Positions 12,225 to 27,232 of a DNA stretch of 64,000 nucleotides are shown one piece after another. The position numbers and the translations under genes are program-made. The notes beneath the pieces were generated by a model. It was not told the origin of the DNA. It saw only the letters and a list, made by a program, of their open reading frames with translations, and made no database searches. Position 1 is the stretch's first letter. Every line of letters starts with the position of its first letter. Source of the stretch: Squalus acanthias (lineage: Eukaryota); assembly GCA_030390025.1 (NCBI GenBank), contig CM059432.1:39682001-39746000 (forward strand). Reading direction: 5' to 3'.

Positions 12225-14757
12225 AGTAATGAGTAATGAGCCAGACTTATGATCTGATATGATCAAATTCAATGTTAGGTTTGAAATGGAGATATGTAGT
12301 ACGGTTCCTAAATTCTAGATTTGGGTACAGCTAACTTTAACAGGATGAGACAGAGACTGATGACAGCAATCTGGTCAAAACTATTATTGGGAAAAACTAC
12401 AGATGAAGAGTGGGAGGTTCTCAAAATAATGAATACAGGATCAGTATATACCTCTAAGGGGCAGGAGCTCTATTTACCAAGTAAAACAGCCATGGTAGGC
12501 AAAAGTGATGAGAAATAACATAAAACTAAAGGAGTGCAAAGAATAGTGTAGATCCAGAGGACTGGGAGAGATATAAAGAACAGCAAAGTAAGAGCTGCAA
12601 AAGGAATACAAAAAGAAACTTGAGGGATATTAAGATTAACACAAAATGTTTTGACTATTAGAAGAAAAAGAGTAGTCAAAAGTAATGTGGGCCCTTTAAA
12701 AACAGATGTGGGTAATATTGCAAATGAAAATAAGGATATGATAGACTTGTTAAATAATTACTTTGTGTCAGTCTTCACAGTAGAGGAAGAGGATAATATA
12801 CCTGACATTCCAGGGAAACTACTAATGAATCAAGGACTGGAACTCACTAAAGTTAACATGAGCACAAAAATAGTATTAGAAAAAATAATGGTACTGAAGA
12901 CTGATAAATCCCCAGGACCTGATGGTTTCCACCCCAGGGTTTTAAAGGAAGTAGGTGAGGAATTTGCAGCTGCGTTAGCCATAATCTTCCAAAACTCTCT
13001 CGATTCAGGAATTGTCCCTTTAGATTGAAAAATTGCAAATGTATCTCCATTATTTAAGAAAGGTGAGAGAGAGAAACCTGGAAATTATAGACCTGTTAGG
13101 CCGACATTTATTGTGGGGAAGTTACTGGAATCTATAATTTAGGACAGAGTGACTGAGCACTTGGAGAAATTTGAGCTGATTAGACAGCCAACATGGATTT
13201 GTAACGGGTAGGTCATGTCTAACCTAATTGAACTTTTTGAGGAAGTAACTAAAGTAGTAGACAGAGGAATGTCTATGGATAGTTTATATGGACTTCCAGA
13301 AGGCATTCGATAAGGTTCCACACAAGAGACTATTTTAAAGCTCATGGAATTGAAGGCAAATTATTGAACTGGTTAGGAGACCAGTTCGGCGGTAAAAGAC
13401 AGATAATGGGTATGGAAGGAAGTGACTAATGGTGTCCCACAAGGCTCTATGCTGGGGCCTGAACTATTCACTATATTTATTAATGACTTGGATAACACAC
13501 TAGCAAGCCATATATCCAAATTTGCCGATCTCTGTAATCTCCTTCAGCCCCACAACCCCCCCGAGATATCTGCGCTCCTCTAATTCTGCCCTCTTGAGCA
13601 TCCCTGATTATAATCGCTCAACCTTTGATGGCCGTGCCTTCTGTTGCCTAGGCCCTAAGCTCTGGAATTCCCTGCCTAAACCTTTCCGCCTCGCTACCTC
13701 TCTTTCCTCCTTTAAGACGCTCCTTAAAACCTACCTCTTTGACCAAGCTTTTGGTCACTTGTCCTAATTTATCCTTATGTGACTCGGTGTCATTTTTTTT
13801 TGTCTTACAATATTCCTGTGCAGCGCCTTGGGATGATTTACTACGTTAAAGGCGCTATATAAATACAAGTTGTTGTTGATGACACAAAGATTGGTGGTAT
13901 AATAAGTAGTGTACGGGAGCATAAAATCACAAAGAGACGTTGATAGATTAAGTGAGTGGGCAAAACTGTGACATAGCTTTCAACACAGGTAAGTGTGAGG
14001 TCAACCATTTTGAATCAAAAAAAGAATCGATCTGAGTATTTTTTAAATGGTGAAAAGCTAGGAACAGTGGAGGTCCAAAGAGATTTAGGGGTCCATGTAC
14101 ACAGATCATTAAAATGTTGTAGTCAGGTACAAAAAATAATCAAAAAGGCCAATGGAATGTTAGCCTTTATAAATAGAGGGCTAGAATATAAAGTGGAGGA
14201 AGTTTTACAAAGCCCTGGTTAGACCACATTAGGAGTACTGTGTACCGCACCTTAGAAAGGATATATTGGCCTTGGAAGGAGTACACCACAGATTCACCAG
14301 AATGTTACCAGGGCTCTAAGGATTAAATTATGAGGAGAGATTACATAAACTAGGTTTGTATTCCCTGGAATATAGAAGGTTAAAGGGTGATTTGATTGAG
14401 GTTTTTAGGATTTTGAAAGGAATTGATAGGGTAGATAGAGAGAAACTATCTGCTGGTAGGGCAGTCTAGGACAAGGGGACATCACCTTACAATCAGCCAG
14501 GCCATTCAGGAGAGAAATTAGTAAACACTTCTTCACTCAAAGGGTGGTAGAAGTGTGGAACTCCCACAAAAAGCAGCAGATGCTGGCTCAATTAATAATT
14601 CTAAATCTGAGATCGATAGATTTTTGCTAGCCAAAGTATTATGGGATATGGAGCCATGGCAGGTGGATGGTGTTAGGATACAGATCAGCCATGATCTCAT
14701 TGAATGGCAGAACAGGCTCAAGTGGCTGAATGGCCTACTTCTGTTCCTATGTTCCTA
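12225..14757 (+). mobile_element. Decayed CR1 LINE (RT region to 3' tail)
   Basis: KSPGPDGFHPRVLKE, NYRPV, DFQKAFDKV and GVPQG remnants, ending in a cctatgttcctat tail. Confidence 0.88.
13528..13878 (+). mobile_element. L2 3' end inserted into the CR1 RT at the FADD motif
   Basis: Splits tttgccgat|gacacaaag. Same 3' sequence and (GTT)n tail as 6400-6712. Confidence 0.85.
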
Positions 14758-15868
14758 TAATTCCCTATCCGGGGGAAAGGGAACTTTTTAGCCTGTACTC
14801 CGCTCTTCCCCACACTAAACAGCTTGGATTGGGGTGCGGATATTGTGGCTATGTGTGTGATCCAACAATCTATCACTCTGGTGTTTTGTGTCTGCACTGT
14901 CAGAATGGTCATCTTTCAAGTGTATCCTGATGGTTTTGTTACAAATTTCAGGTCTGCCTTAGCATCACTGGGTTCTTCCATAAGCAGACCCACGTCCCTC
15001 ACAACCAGGAGATTACTTTCACTACCCAGCATCTAGACTTGCAACAGTCTAACCTGCGGGATGTATTCAGATCCCCTAATTAAATGAATGGAATAATATG
15101 ATCCTTGCATGCATTTCTTCAAGTTTCTGGAAGCCAGACTCATTAACACTTCAGTGAGATGAGGCCAGATACATAGAAGATAGGAGCAGGAGTAGGCCAT
15201 TCGGCCCCTCGAGCCTGCTGTGCCATTCAATGAGATCATGGCTGATCATCCAAACTCAGTACCCTGTACCTGCCTTCTTCCCATATCCCTTGATACCTTT
15301 ACAAATTTATAAGCTGCTTTATTTTACAGTCAGTAGTTAAATGTACAGAGAAACAGTTCTGTAGCAAACTTCACCTTAATGCAACTTAACTTCAGTCGTT
15401 CCACGTCAATAAGTAAAATACAATGTATTGAGTCTTTTGAAAATGGTTGAAAATCTCAAAACACGACAAATAGTCTTTGACCTGACCTTTACAAAGCGCA
15501 TTTCATAACATTGTGGTTTCACAATGACTCTTATTCATTTATTGGCAGATTGGAGAAGACTGATGTGCAATTACAGGAATAAGCATATTTTAGATAATTT
15601 ACTGTTCTAATGGTGAACAGTTTAGTGTAAATTAACTTGCATATTAAACTCCACATGGCAGTTTTCCCTGGGCATTCAATACCACAGTGGGGAGCTTGTC
15701 TGCTTAAAATTATCATGAAAAGAAGAAAATTATTTTGAAGCTTTGTGTCCATTCCTCTGGATGTTTGCTGCGCAAAGTTTTATATTACTCAAAAAAAAGT
15801 ACTTCAATCCAGTAAGCATTGTATGTGCAGTTTAAAGTTGTGTCTTAACCACGTGTGGAAAATTCATA

Positions 15869-16746
15869 GGGGGAAAAATTCAGTTGGTTTGCGCCTCCCG
15901 TTAGCGCCTTAAGAGGGCGTTAATGGGGCGCAAAGCAACTAGTGCCCGGGCGCGGCGATATCTGCACCTCTCGTGAAATTGACCAGACATTTTGCAGCGG
16001 TGCTAAACACTACCGCCACGATCTCCTGCGCCGGCAGATCATGACGTCAGTCGAGTGCGCAGCGCCCCGGAGCGGATATTGAGTGGCGCCCCCTGCCTTA
16101 CCGCCTGCCGCTAGCAACGACAGGTTGAGGGGAGCGTTTTGCAGTCAGGAAGGGACTGGGGGAGCGCTATTTAAAGGCGAACGCTTCCTGCCTTTTTTTG
16201 TTGGTGACATTTTTGCACCACGCATTCTGAGAGAGAGAGAGAGACTTCTGGAGAGATTCAACGCTGTGTGAAGGAGTTTTGGGTACTGAGCAGCACTTTG
16301 CAGGTTCATTTTGATTTGCCCTTCCTTGCATCTATTTAGAGGAGACTGTGGGGGCTGCACTCTGAGCTCTTTCCCTGGCCTCTCCATTGTTCTTTCCAGC
16401 AGATTTGATGTACAGGTCTCTCCAGGCCGAGATTTAAGGCTGCAATGAGCAGGATGTGGATGGAGAGCAAGATCAACCCTCCCCTTTAAGAACTGGCCAG
16501 CGCCATTGTGTCTGTGTTCCATTGCTGACTGACATCACATGAGCTTCGCCAGTGCTCTGAGGTAGCGCCTCGCTCCTCGGCCTTTGCGCCTTAAGACAGG
16601 TGTGTAGCACCTGATTTAGCGCTCCAATCACCTCCAGGGGCGATAAAAGCCAAGTTTGCAGTCTGGCGATAATTAGCGCCAGGCGCTAAACTTTGCGCAC
16701 AGCCGATAATTGTGCCCCAAACGGGGCGATACTGAATTTTTCCCCC
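15869..16746 (+). mobile_element. Harbinger-type MITE (878 bp), GGGGGAAAAATTCAG family
   Basis: TIRs gggggaaaaattcagt / actgaatttttccccc, 3-bp TSD ATA, and GC-rich subterminal AGCGCC motifs. Confidence 0.9.
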
Positions 16747-17738
16747 ATAGACTTTAATGTCAAGAGTCAAGGCCAACCCCTCTTTCTGTCTGCCCTGTCC
16801 TCTCCAACCTCCAGCACTCCTCCCTGCCCTTTTCTCATTCAAGTGCTAACCCCTATTCCATAGTTTCTCTTCCAGCTCCTTCCACACTCAGTAAACTTCT
16901 CATCATGAAGCCTATGGCCTATTCTATGACGCATTCCCATCCTAGCTTCTGACCACCCAACATCTCTTCAGACTCATGCTTCCAGATATCATCACTTGTC
17001 TCTTTCCTCCAGATTAGTTCATAAGTCCTTCAAAATTTCTGTCATAACTCCACTCCCTAAAAATTTTACAATTTTAACCTTACCATTTATTGACCTATGA
17101 AAGCCTTCATTCTTAACATGCTGGAATGTGTTATTGCCTCACAATTATACTCCCTGTTCAAAATTCTCTGATCAGGCTTTTGCGTAATCAACAGCACCAA
17201 GACCATGCTGGTCAAAGTCACCAACAACATCCTGTATGACTGACTGGGCTTTCTGCCCTTCCTTATCCTCCTCAACCTCTCTGCTGGCTTATGTACAGTG
17301 AACCAATACATCCTCCAATTGTCTTCTCTATGGTCTGGCTCCATGCCACTGCTTAACCCAAGCCCAGCTTCCACCTGATTTTATCCATTACTAAAAACGC
17401 CTTCTTTCACCTCTAAAACATTGCCCACCTCTGCCTCTACCTTTGCTGCCAAATTCTCATCTGTACCTTTATCACCTCGATGTTTAATTTTTCCAATATT
17501 TTTGTTGCAGGCAATCTACTTCCACCCTTCAAAAACTATATCTCATCCAGTGCGCCACAGCCCAGGTTCACACCTGCATTAAAGCTCATACTGCTTGCCA
17601 AGCACCACAGGTCCCAGAAAATTGACTTTAAATTTTCACCTTTAAATCCCTCCAGGGCCTTGTCCCTCTCTACCTTCATGATGTCCTCCAGTTGTATGTC
17701 CCTTTTTTCCTCTAATATCAACTTATTTAAAGATCCAT

Positions 17739-18477
17739 GGGGGAAAAATTCAGTTGGTTAGCACCTTAAGAGGGTGCTAATGGGGCGCAAAGCAACTAGC
17801 ACCCAGGTGCGACGCCTCCCGCGAAATTCAGCGGGAGGTTAGCGGCGGCACTAACCGGTAGCGCCCTGTGGTGATGTGCCACCGGCGATGACATCATTGC
17901 CGTGCGCAGTGCTCCGGCCGCGATCTTCGGTAGCGCCCCTTTACTTACTGCTGGACGCTATGTCCGTCGGGGTCAGGGATGCCTACCTGCGGCCAGGGCG
18001 GCGCTAGTTAAAGGGGAGGTGGCGGGCGGCCAGCACCTGCCCCCGTTGCTGTCCCCGGCCCCCGTGGAGCCCCCCCTCCCCCCCCGCGAAGTGCCGGCTG
18101 CTCTCCAAGAGCCCGGCACTTCTCTTGAGTGCCGGGCTCTTTTGCCAGCTCTCCCGATCCCCGGGGGCCCAGCTGGGCCCCGGTTCGCGCTGCGCAAGGC
18201 CCCTCCCCTTTAAGAAGGGGAGGAAGGCCTGCAATACCGCGGTGCGACGTGCCACGGTGCGATGTGTCGCAGCGCCTGGCGCTGCAGAACGTAGCGCCAC
18301 GATATTGACTCGCAGCGCCCCAAGAGGGATGCAGGGCACTTCCAGTAGTGCCCCGCTTCCCTCTTGGGGCGCAACCACTCAATTTCCGGCGCGGGGGAGC
18401 TCATTTTTATGGGGCGCTAAAAGTAGTGCCCCGGCGAAGTTAGCGCCCCAAAGGGGGCGTTACTCAATTTTTCCCCC
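17739..18477. mobile_element. Harbinger-type MITE with the same termini but a different, very GC-rich interior
   Basis: TIRs gggggaaaaatt / aatttttccccc and TSD CAT. The first 70 bp or so are shared with the 15869 element. Confidence 0.85.
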
Positions 18478-18797
18478 CATGCTCTCCTCTCCACCAGTGG
18501 TGGCTGTTCCTGGTGCCACTTTGTTCCTGCAAAGTCCCTCAGCACCTTCACTGTGCTACCTAACTACCTTCTTTCAAAATCTTCCTGGATATGCATTACC
18601 TTTGATGTGCTCTGGCCTCTGATCCTTTTTTCCCTTTTCTCTCTCTTACTCAGTGTCCAGTTATTATGCACTACTTTATAAAGCAGTCTGAGATATCTAT
18701 CTGGCAGTGAGGTGTTCTACAACTATATAAATTGTTTTTGACTGCTTTTCTTCACTCAGATCAGTATGTATAACAAGAAATAACTTTTGTAACATAA

Positions 18798-19800
18798 ATC
18801 ATAGAATTTTATAGCACAGGAAGAGACCATTTGTCCCATTGTGCCTGTGCCGGCTTTTTGAAAGAGCTGTCCAATCTAGCCCCACACCCTAGATTTTTCC
18901 CCATAACCCTACAAATTAGTTCTCTTCAAGTACCTACCCAATTCTTTGACAGCACCTCCCAAACCCATGACCTCTACCACTTAGAAGGACAAGGGCAGCA
19001 GGCGTATGGGAACACTACCACCTGCAAGTTCCACTCCAATTCACATACCATCCTGACTTGGAAGTATATCGCCGTTCCTTCATCAGTGCTGGGTCAAAAT
19101 CCTGAAACTCCCTCCCGAACAGCATTGTGGGAGTACCTTCTCCACACGGACTGCAGCGGTTCAAGAAGGTGGCTCACCACCACCTTCTCAAGGGCAATTA
19201 GGAATGGCCAATAAATGCTGGCCTTGCCAGCAATGCCCACATCCCATGAATGAATTTTTTTAAATTGCCTTTCGAAAGTTCCTATGAACTCTGATTGCAT
19301 CACCCTTTCAGGTAGTGCATTCCAGATCTTAACCAACCGTCTGTGCGAAAAAAAAATTCTCCCCATTTCTCCTCTAGTTCTCTTCCCAATTATTTTAAAT
19401 TTATGACCTTTGGTTATCGACTCACTTGCCAGAGGAAACAGTTTCTTCCCTATTTGCTCTATCAAAACACCTCATAATTTTGAATACCTCTACTAGGTCT
19501 CCCCTTAACCTTCTCAGCTCTAAGGAGAACAATCACAAGGGCTTGACATCCTTCCTAAAGTGTGGTGCCCAGAATTGTACACAATACTCCAGCTGAAGCC
19601 TAACCACTGATTTGTAAAAGTTTAAATAACTTCCTTGTTTTTGTATTCAATTCACCTATTTACAAAGCCAAGTATCCCAAGCACTTTCTTAACTGTCTTA
19701 CCAACTTGCCCTGGCACTTTCAAAGATTTGTGAATATGCAGCTCCAGGTCCCTCTGCTTTTGCAGCCCCCTCAAAATAGTACCATTTAGATTATACTGCC
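18798..19800 (-). mobile_element. CR1 3' fragment carrying a nested + strand LINE 3' end (about 18948-19263, clade not assigned)
   Basis: CR1 tail at about 18800 and a KIWNALPERV remnant. The nested piece ends AATAAA...atgaatgaatttttt, and a second partial copy lies at about 21900-21985 (-). Confidence 0.7.
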
Positions 19801-20828
19801 TCTACTGCCTATCAAAAAAATTAAAGAATTCTGAATAAAATCACTAAACGTACTCATAAATGTGTTTATTTAATGTTTAAAATACCTGGTGGAAGTTTCC
19901 CTTTTCCCTGAGCCTGTATTTTCAGCTAGATTTTCACCTAAGCCTCAGATGTTACAGCTGTTGTGGATTAATTGTGTGGGAGAGAGTAAAAGAAAAGATG
20001 GCATCATGATGGTTGTAGTTTTCACCCTGCACCTATGGAACAAAAATATCCAGAGTACACTATGAAAAACCATGTAACATACAACCAGGTAAAGCAAGGG
20101 CCCAGTGAATTATTGACCCGAATCACAAATTGTGCAAGGGAGAGTGATGCATCGTGGGAATTGTAATTTCACTCTACTACTTTTCTACTGTGACCCAACA
20201 GGAAATTTACAAAATATAAATGAGTGGTGGAAAAGCACAGTAAATGTCACTTTATTCAACTTAAGCCATTAAATAACATTTCTGGGCTAATGTTTGGAAT
20301 GAGATTTTATTTGTGTAACTTAGGGCTGCACGGGGACCACAAGGGTTGTTTCTAAGCGCTTTGTAGCTGGCCTTGGACATTGCAGCTTGCAGTTATTCAG
20401 CCAGGCTAGATCATGGCAAATCACCACCTGGTCAGGTGCTGATCATTGGAGAGTTGACAGTGGGGCATTGCTACATCAACAGCAGCTTCAGCAAGAACTG
20501 GAATGCGCTGCCTGAAAGGGTGATGAAAGCAGATTCAGTAGTAACTTTCAAAGGGGAATTGGATATATACTTGAAAAGGAAAAATTGCAGGACTATGCAG
20601 AAAGAGCAGGGGAGTGGGACTAATTGAATATCTCTTTCAAAGAGCCGGCACAGGCACGATGGGCTGAATGGCCTCCTCCTGTGCTGTATGATTCAATGAA
20701 CTATAAATTCAGTGTGAGAAAGATGAGAAAAAATATATTTTATAATCATGTAAGTAACTTAGAACAAGGAGGAAGGTTTTGGTAAAGGAGAAGGTAAGAA
20801 TAAGCAAATAAAGTAATTGCATAGTCCT

Positions 20829-21650
20829 CTCTTCTTCTTAGGCAGTCCCTCGGAACCGAGGATGACTTGCTTCCATATTAAAAATGAGTTCTCAGGTGAC
20901 TGATGAGTCCAATGCGGGACCTACAGTCTCTGTCACAGGTGGGGCAGACGGTGGTTGAAGGGGCGGGCGGGTGGGTGGGGTGCTTGGGTTGATGTGCGCT
21001 CCTTGCGCTGCTTCTGCTAGCTCCCGGCGAAGAGACTCGGTGTTCGGCACCTTCCCGGATGCTTCTCCTCCACTTTGTGCGGTCTTGGGCCAGGGATTCC
21101 CAGGTGTCGGTGGGGATGTTGCACTTTTTCAAGGAGGCTTTGAGGGTGTCCTTGAAGCGTTTCCTCTGCTCACCTGGGGCTCTCTTGCCATGTCGGAGCT
21201 CCGAGTAGAGCGCTTGTTTTGGGAGTCTCGTATCGGGCATGCGGACGATGTGACCCGTCCATCGGAGCTGATCAAGCGTGGTCAAAGCTTCAATGCTGGG
21301 GATGTTGGCCTGAGCGAGAACACTGACGTTGATGCGCCTATCCTGCCAATGGATTTGCAGGATCTTGCGGAGGCAGCATTGGTGGTACCTCTCCAGTGCT
21401 TTGAGGTGCCTGCTGTACATGATCCATGTCTCTGAGGCATACAGGAGGGCGGGTATTACTACTGCTCTGTAGACCATGAGCTTGGTGCCAGGTTTGAGGT
21501 CCTGGTCTTCAAATACTCTCTTCCTCAGGCGACCGAAGGCTGCACTGGCACACTGAAGGCGGTGTTGGACTTCGTCATCGAGGTCTGCCCTTGTTGACAG
21601 TAGGCTCGTGAGGTATGGAAAGTGGTCCACGTTGTTCAAGGCCTCGTCGT
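20829..21650 (-). mobile_element. RTE-clade LINE 3' fragment
   Basis: ORF 20878-21640 contains HFPYL...SAAFGRLRKRVF, LLYASETW, QLRWTGHIVRMPDTRLPKQ and a C-terminal CPTC...GLISHLRTH zinc motif. (GAA)n tail. Confidence 0.9.
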
Positions 21651-24600
21651 GGTTAAAGTAATTGCATAGTAAGCAACTCTCAAACCCACGATAAGAGGGA
21701 GAGCATAATAAAAAATAAGGTAAATATTTGAAATACATTTTGGGGAGGAAAGAAGAAAGTTACTTGCACCTTAAGAAAGCTTTGTACTCGTAGCTGTAGA
21801 ACTACAAATCTATCTGAGGTTCTATCTTTCAGTGTCGATAAGCTGTGTAATATTTTTATCTGTGTCAATAAATTTGCTGTAGTACATTGATGGACAATTT
21901 TTTTTAAATTCATTCTTAGGATGAGACAAGGCCGGCATTTATTGCCCATCCCTAGTTACTCTGAAAAGGTGGTGGTGGGTCTTCTTGAAAACTGCTGTGG
22001 TGTATAAGCTGCCGCAAGACCTCTGTAAATGCCAGAAACCATACTCCAGGTCCCAGACTAGCCAGGAGCAACACTACAGCAGATCTATTACTCTTCAGTT
22101 ATTTTTGTTAACAACCACATTACACCTGTTGGATTGAAAAGCTTGAATGGATGAAAAGCATTTTCATATTTTTCCTTTTAAAAGTTTTTTGCATTAAATC
22201 TCTTTCCATGTCACTTATTGCGAAATATTTAGTGTCACGTTCTGCACCAATTGCATAAAATGTACTCCATCCTTTGCCCATTAGGTTTGTGTCAGCTGCG
22301 ACCTCTTCCTCATGCAAGATCTTCTCAAACTTCCAGAAGAGGGTGAAATGCTATGATGGCTATCATTTATATTTAAAGCACCAAATGAATGTATTGATGG
22401 CCACAATAGACTATTTTAATTAAAACTTGCCTTGAAGAGTTAAAATACTTTGTGTTAGCTGAAGATCTGTTATATTAAGCTAGTTTCTGACTAATCTGAA
22501 CTGCCACAGCTGTAGCTTCATCTGCAATGAAAAAAGGTATATTGACATTAATATTAAAGTTAATTTTCTGTTTTGTGAGTATCAAAAAACATTTTGCACA
22601 TTTAGAGTGAAACACACCCAGCCGCATCTTACACCGATGTATGACAAGATCTTACTCATCGCCATGACCTTAATTCAAAGAACATCCCACAGAAGCTGAT
22701 AACAGCGGAAGAAATTCATGAAAGAGACGTGATTGAGGTTGTTCTTTCTGCACTAGCTACTGTTAAATCTAACAATTTTAGTTATCTTCAGTTAATTACA
22801 GCAAAAACCAAGAAAATGATAGTGGCATTTAGTCATTAATTTGGCTTCAGGGCAAATTAATTTATGCGTGACTCTCTGAATCTCATTGCCCACGAACAGG
22901 GGATTTAAGTTGCATTTAAGGGGAAACTAGATAAGTACACAAGGAAGAAAGGAATAAAAGGATATGTTGATAGGTGGGAGGAGACTCGTGTGGAGCATAA
23001 ACACCGGCATAGTCCTGTTGGGTCGAATGGCCTGTTTCTGTGCTGTAAATTCTATATAGTGGGATCTTAATTTACAAAAAGTAGATGGGAAAAAGTATTC
23101 AGTAGACTATAGTATTCTGGCTTCATTGAGAAGCTCTTGTGACCCATTGGGTAAACTGCTGTGTTGGATAAGCAACTTCTTTAATGAATGAAAGCATCAA
23201 AGATTGGCTATTCATCTTCTAGTTGCAACAACTGCATGGAGCTCTCAGGGAAGTGTCCTCTATTTTTCATTACCAAAAGTGAATTCTCTTTACTGATGTC
23301 ACCATCCTCTATAGATCAGTTAAGTCCTCAACTAAAGGACAAATGGCGACTGACTGTACTGAAACAGGTTTCCCTTCAGGCACACACCCATTGTAATTTA
23401 GACGGGACTGTGATGGAAGGGCTGTAAATTAGGTTGGGACCCAACTTACCTGGGAGTTTCTGCAGGGTCTTGTAAGGAATGGAGCCTCTGCCCACCTTAA
23501 AGAATTCCAACAGCTTAATAGGGGACGTGTCCAGGAGTGGCCATCTCCCTGGCCTGGCAGAAGAGTAGCGGGTTGGAATGTTGATTGAGAACCTGCGTAC
23601 CAACCTGCTGCATGTGGGGCCCAGGCCTGCAAAATTCTTGAAGATTCGAGAAATTGCTGAAGATTTTTTGACCCTCTTATAAAGGGAACCAGTGGGAACA
23701 GGAGAGCCTGGCACCCTGATCCCCAACATGGCCAGCATCCGATGGGATTCCCGGTCACCCGCGAGTGCCCGATATTGACATTGAATGAAGTCACCTCCCC
23801 TGACCCCATAAACTTTGGTGGGGATATCCCAATTGAGATGTCAGGTTTGTGGGTTTTCAGACCATGAATCAAGTTTTTGGAATCAGTAGAGTCCAAAGCC
23901 ATAATGAACATAATTTACTCCTTGCAGAGACCACTTCCTGCAGTCTTTTAGAATGTGACTGGGCTGACAGTTCAAGACACGGTATATCAGCAACACAAGA
24001 GCTGCTAATGCTTACATCAGGCCTCCAGGTTTATGTCAGGAACACAGAGTTGCTGTATGCAAGTACTTTGTCAAAAGTTCAAAAGTTAATGGAAATCAAA
24101 AATCTCAAAAGTGTTATATAATGTGCTTTAAAAAATACTCAGATGTACAAAACATCAAGGACATCATACTCTTTAAAAGATAACAAATGTCCAAAATAAA
24201 GTTTAAATTAAAAACATAAAAAAACCATATTTCATAATAACATAATTAAATTTACTCACTGATTTTCCTTTGTGTCATTTAATATCTTTATTAAAGTTTT
24301 TTACTGAAGGCATAAACCTGTCCAAAAAATCTTATGCACTGGCTGGACACCTTTGCCCCAGAACAGTTAAAGGGCGTTACTAACTATAGGGGAGATTTTC
24401 CTGGTTCTGCACTCAGGCACACTGGATGACCTGGGCACAGCAAATATCAGAAAATTGGATGGATCGGAATGCATACCTGTAAAGGAATGCATTCACCCAA
24501 TTTTCCTTCCATGCTTCTTTTGATGGTGCAGCAGCATAATTTCCCTCTTCTGCCTGTTGTGATCCCACCTGGAGCCCATATGAGATAAACCTCATCAGGA

Positions 24601-25128
24601 ATCTGGGTTAGGGTGCTGGCGGTGTTGGGGAGGTAGGTGGAAGTTGTGCCTTGTCAGAACTGCTACAGCAAGGACAATTCCCTACCCACACCTCCCCCCA
24701 CCCCAGCCCATGTCAGTAAACATGCTAATAGTGCGCTAAGTGCTTTAAGACAGTGACTTAAAGCACTTTATGCACTAGAGACCAGCTGATGATGGAGAAA
24801 GAATTAAGTGGGTGCCCAATGGACGGGTCAGGGAAAACAGAGGAACATGTGAAGAGAAGCAGTAACATTATGGTCCGAAACTGTCCAAGGGAGATTCAGG
24901 CACCTTGGTACTGATCCCCTTCCTCTCTCTCAAAGCTGCCAGATTCCACTCCCACCCCTCCTCCACCATCCAATACTGTGATGCTGCTGGACCCCGTGAC
25001 ATCCTCCCCAAGGACTTCCCAACTCTGGGTCACAGATCCTGGAACCTGCCCTCAATGTTCACAAATCCCTAGACAGTGTCCAAACTCTGGGACTACCATT
25101 GTCTACTCCCAGATTCCAAAATTTCCTA

Positions 25129-27232
25129 GGGGGCTAAATTTGATAAGGCTCGAAAACGGGCACGGGGATCACAATGTGTGACCTGCCCGCGCCGTTGAAA
25201 GTATTGCAGGCAGCATGCAAAATTCGTGCTGCCTGCTAATTAACATGATTGAAGCGCTGATCCCAGCGCTGCTGATTGGCTCAACACTCAGCAGGGGGCC
25301 CAATTTCGTGAGAAGTGTGATCTCTATTTAAAGGTTGCCTGCAGAGTGAAACACTGTCTGCACTTCTTAAAAGGGAGGTGCTTTCTGAAGGAAGCACCTC
25401 ATTCTTAGTGCAGCTAAGGAAAGGGGAAGGTATCAATGTCGCACCAGGGCAGAGAAAAGGCACCTCGGTTCTCGGACGCAGCACTCGTGGCCTTAGTGCA
25501 GGGGGTCAATATGAGGAGACAGGTCCTCTACCTTCAGGGGGCCAAGAGGCCCTCCAGACAGACTGTACGAAGGCAGTGGGAGCAGATTGCTGAAGCGGTC
25601 AGTGCCACCAGTCTTTCCCCCAGGACATGGATCCAGTGCCGGAAGACGTTTAATAATCTCACACGAGTGGACAAGGTGAGTGAATGCATCTTCAAATGCC
25701 ATATCCTACCAACTGCACCACTCACCTCACACACTGCTCAATGCATCACAGCCCCATCACTCACCTACCAACAATTGCTATCAGTCATGACTCATACCTC
25801 ACAATCATATCTTCACCTCACCCTCACACACTTACCACTGTCGCTCGCCTCACACCCACATCTAACACCTTACATGGGACACCCGCTCTGGCATATACTG
25901 GAGGGCTCCTCCCGAGCGGCCAAGGCAGCAGAACCATTGCTTCAGCACACTGATGGTCTGCTCGATGATGTTCCTTGTGGCAGCATGGCTCTCATTATAT
26001 GATTGCTGGCTACGAGTGGTGGGGTTGCAGAGGGGAGTCATCAGCCAGATGTAGAGCGGATAGCCCTTGTCGCCTAGCAGCCAGATGTAGAGCGGATAGC
26101 CCTTGTCGCCTAGCAGTTCAACGTGGTGGCTGGAAGATTGCTGGCACAGCGGACTGGCGCATGATGAAGGCATCATGACTGCTGCCAGGATAGTGGACAT
26201 TCACCATCATGATGTGCTGGGTGTGGTCACACACCAATTGCACATTAAGTGAGTGGTAGCCTTTGCAGTTACGGTAGATTTCAGCATTGATATGCAGTGC
26301 CTGCAAAGCTACGAGTGTGCAGTCAATGGCACCCTGCACCAAGGGGAAGCCCGATATCCTGGCAAAGCCATGTGTGCGCTCCTCCTGCTTCTCTCTGTTT
26401 AGAGAAAAGACAATAAAGTACCTTGTCCTGGAGTACAGAGCTTCTGTGACCTCCCGGATGCAGCGATAGACGGTGAACTGTGAGATGGTTGTTACGTCAC
26501 CTGTTCCAGCCTGGAAGGATCCGCTGGCGAAAAACGTCAGGTCCACGGTCAACTTGAGGCCACTGGCAGAACCATCGTCGTCCTGCTTTGAGGCTGCAGG
26601 TCTGGTTCCATGAGGTGGCAGAGTTCTGTGACTACCTCCTTGGTGAAACGGAGCCGGTGAACACACTGCTCCTGCTTAGGTGAAGGTAGAAGTGCTCCCT
26701 GAAGACCCAAGTTAGGTAAGGTCTCCTGCTGCGAGCCCTCCTCCCCCTCCCCCTCCTCCCTCTGTGAGCAGCTTGTCTTCTTTGCTGCCTCTGCTTCATC
26801 GCGAGGGGGACTGCAACTAGAGCCCCCATGACTGGGAGCAAGTGGTGTACTCAGAGGCCTTCTAGTAGCAGCCAGCCAACAGCTTCCCAGCATCCAGCAG
26901 CACTCCCCGCACACTTTAGCAACTTTATAAATGTCTTCCAGCAACCCAGTATTCAAACAAGCTCTGCAAGAGCCAGTACAAGAGAAATAATCAACTTACC
27001 TGCAAGTTGGATGTATCCTTTAAATAGCGCTGGTGGTGGGGGGGTCCCTCGTGCAGCAGAACACACATGACAGACATCACGATCTGCCTACTCTGCATGC
27101 TGCCGGCGCACGCACGTCCCGCTATCGCCCTCACCAAGTTGCTGAACAGCATGGGCTGCGCCAGAAGTGAGACGGCTGCCATTTTTTTCTCCAAACTGGC
27201 CTTAACTACCGGCGCTAAGGCACCTATTTTCA
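25129..27232. mobile_element. Harbinger transposon A (internally deleted): Myb/SANT-like gene (+, from 25436) convergent with DDE transposase remnant (-, about 25862-26830)
   Basis: KAPRFSDAAL...WEQIAEAV...RTWIQCRKTFNNL followed by a gtgagt donor. Transposase [23 protein letters not shown] and TRNIIEQTI motifs are split by frameshifts. Ends approximate. Confidence 0.85.

Noticed and set aside
17902..18622. CpG-island promoter or GC-rich gene
   Set aside because: The GC-rich stretch is bounded by MITE TIRs and a TSD, and its ORFs are compositional.
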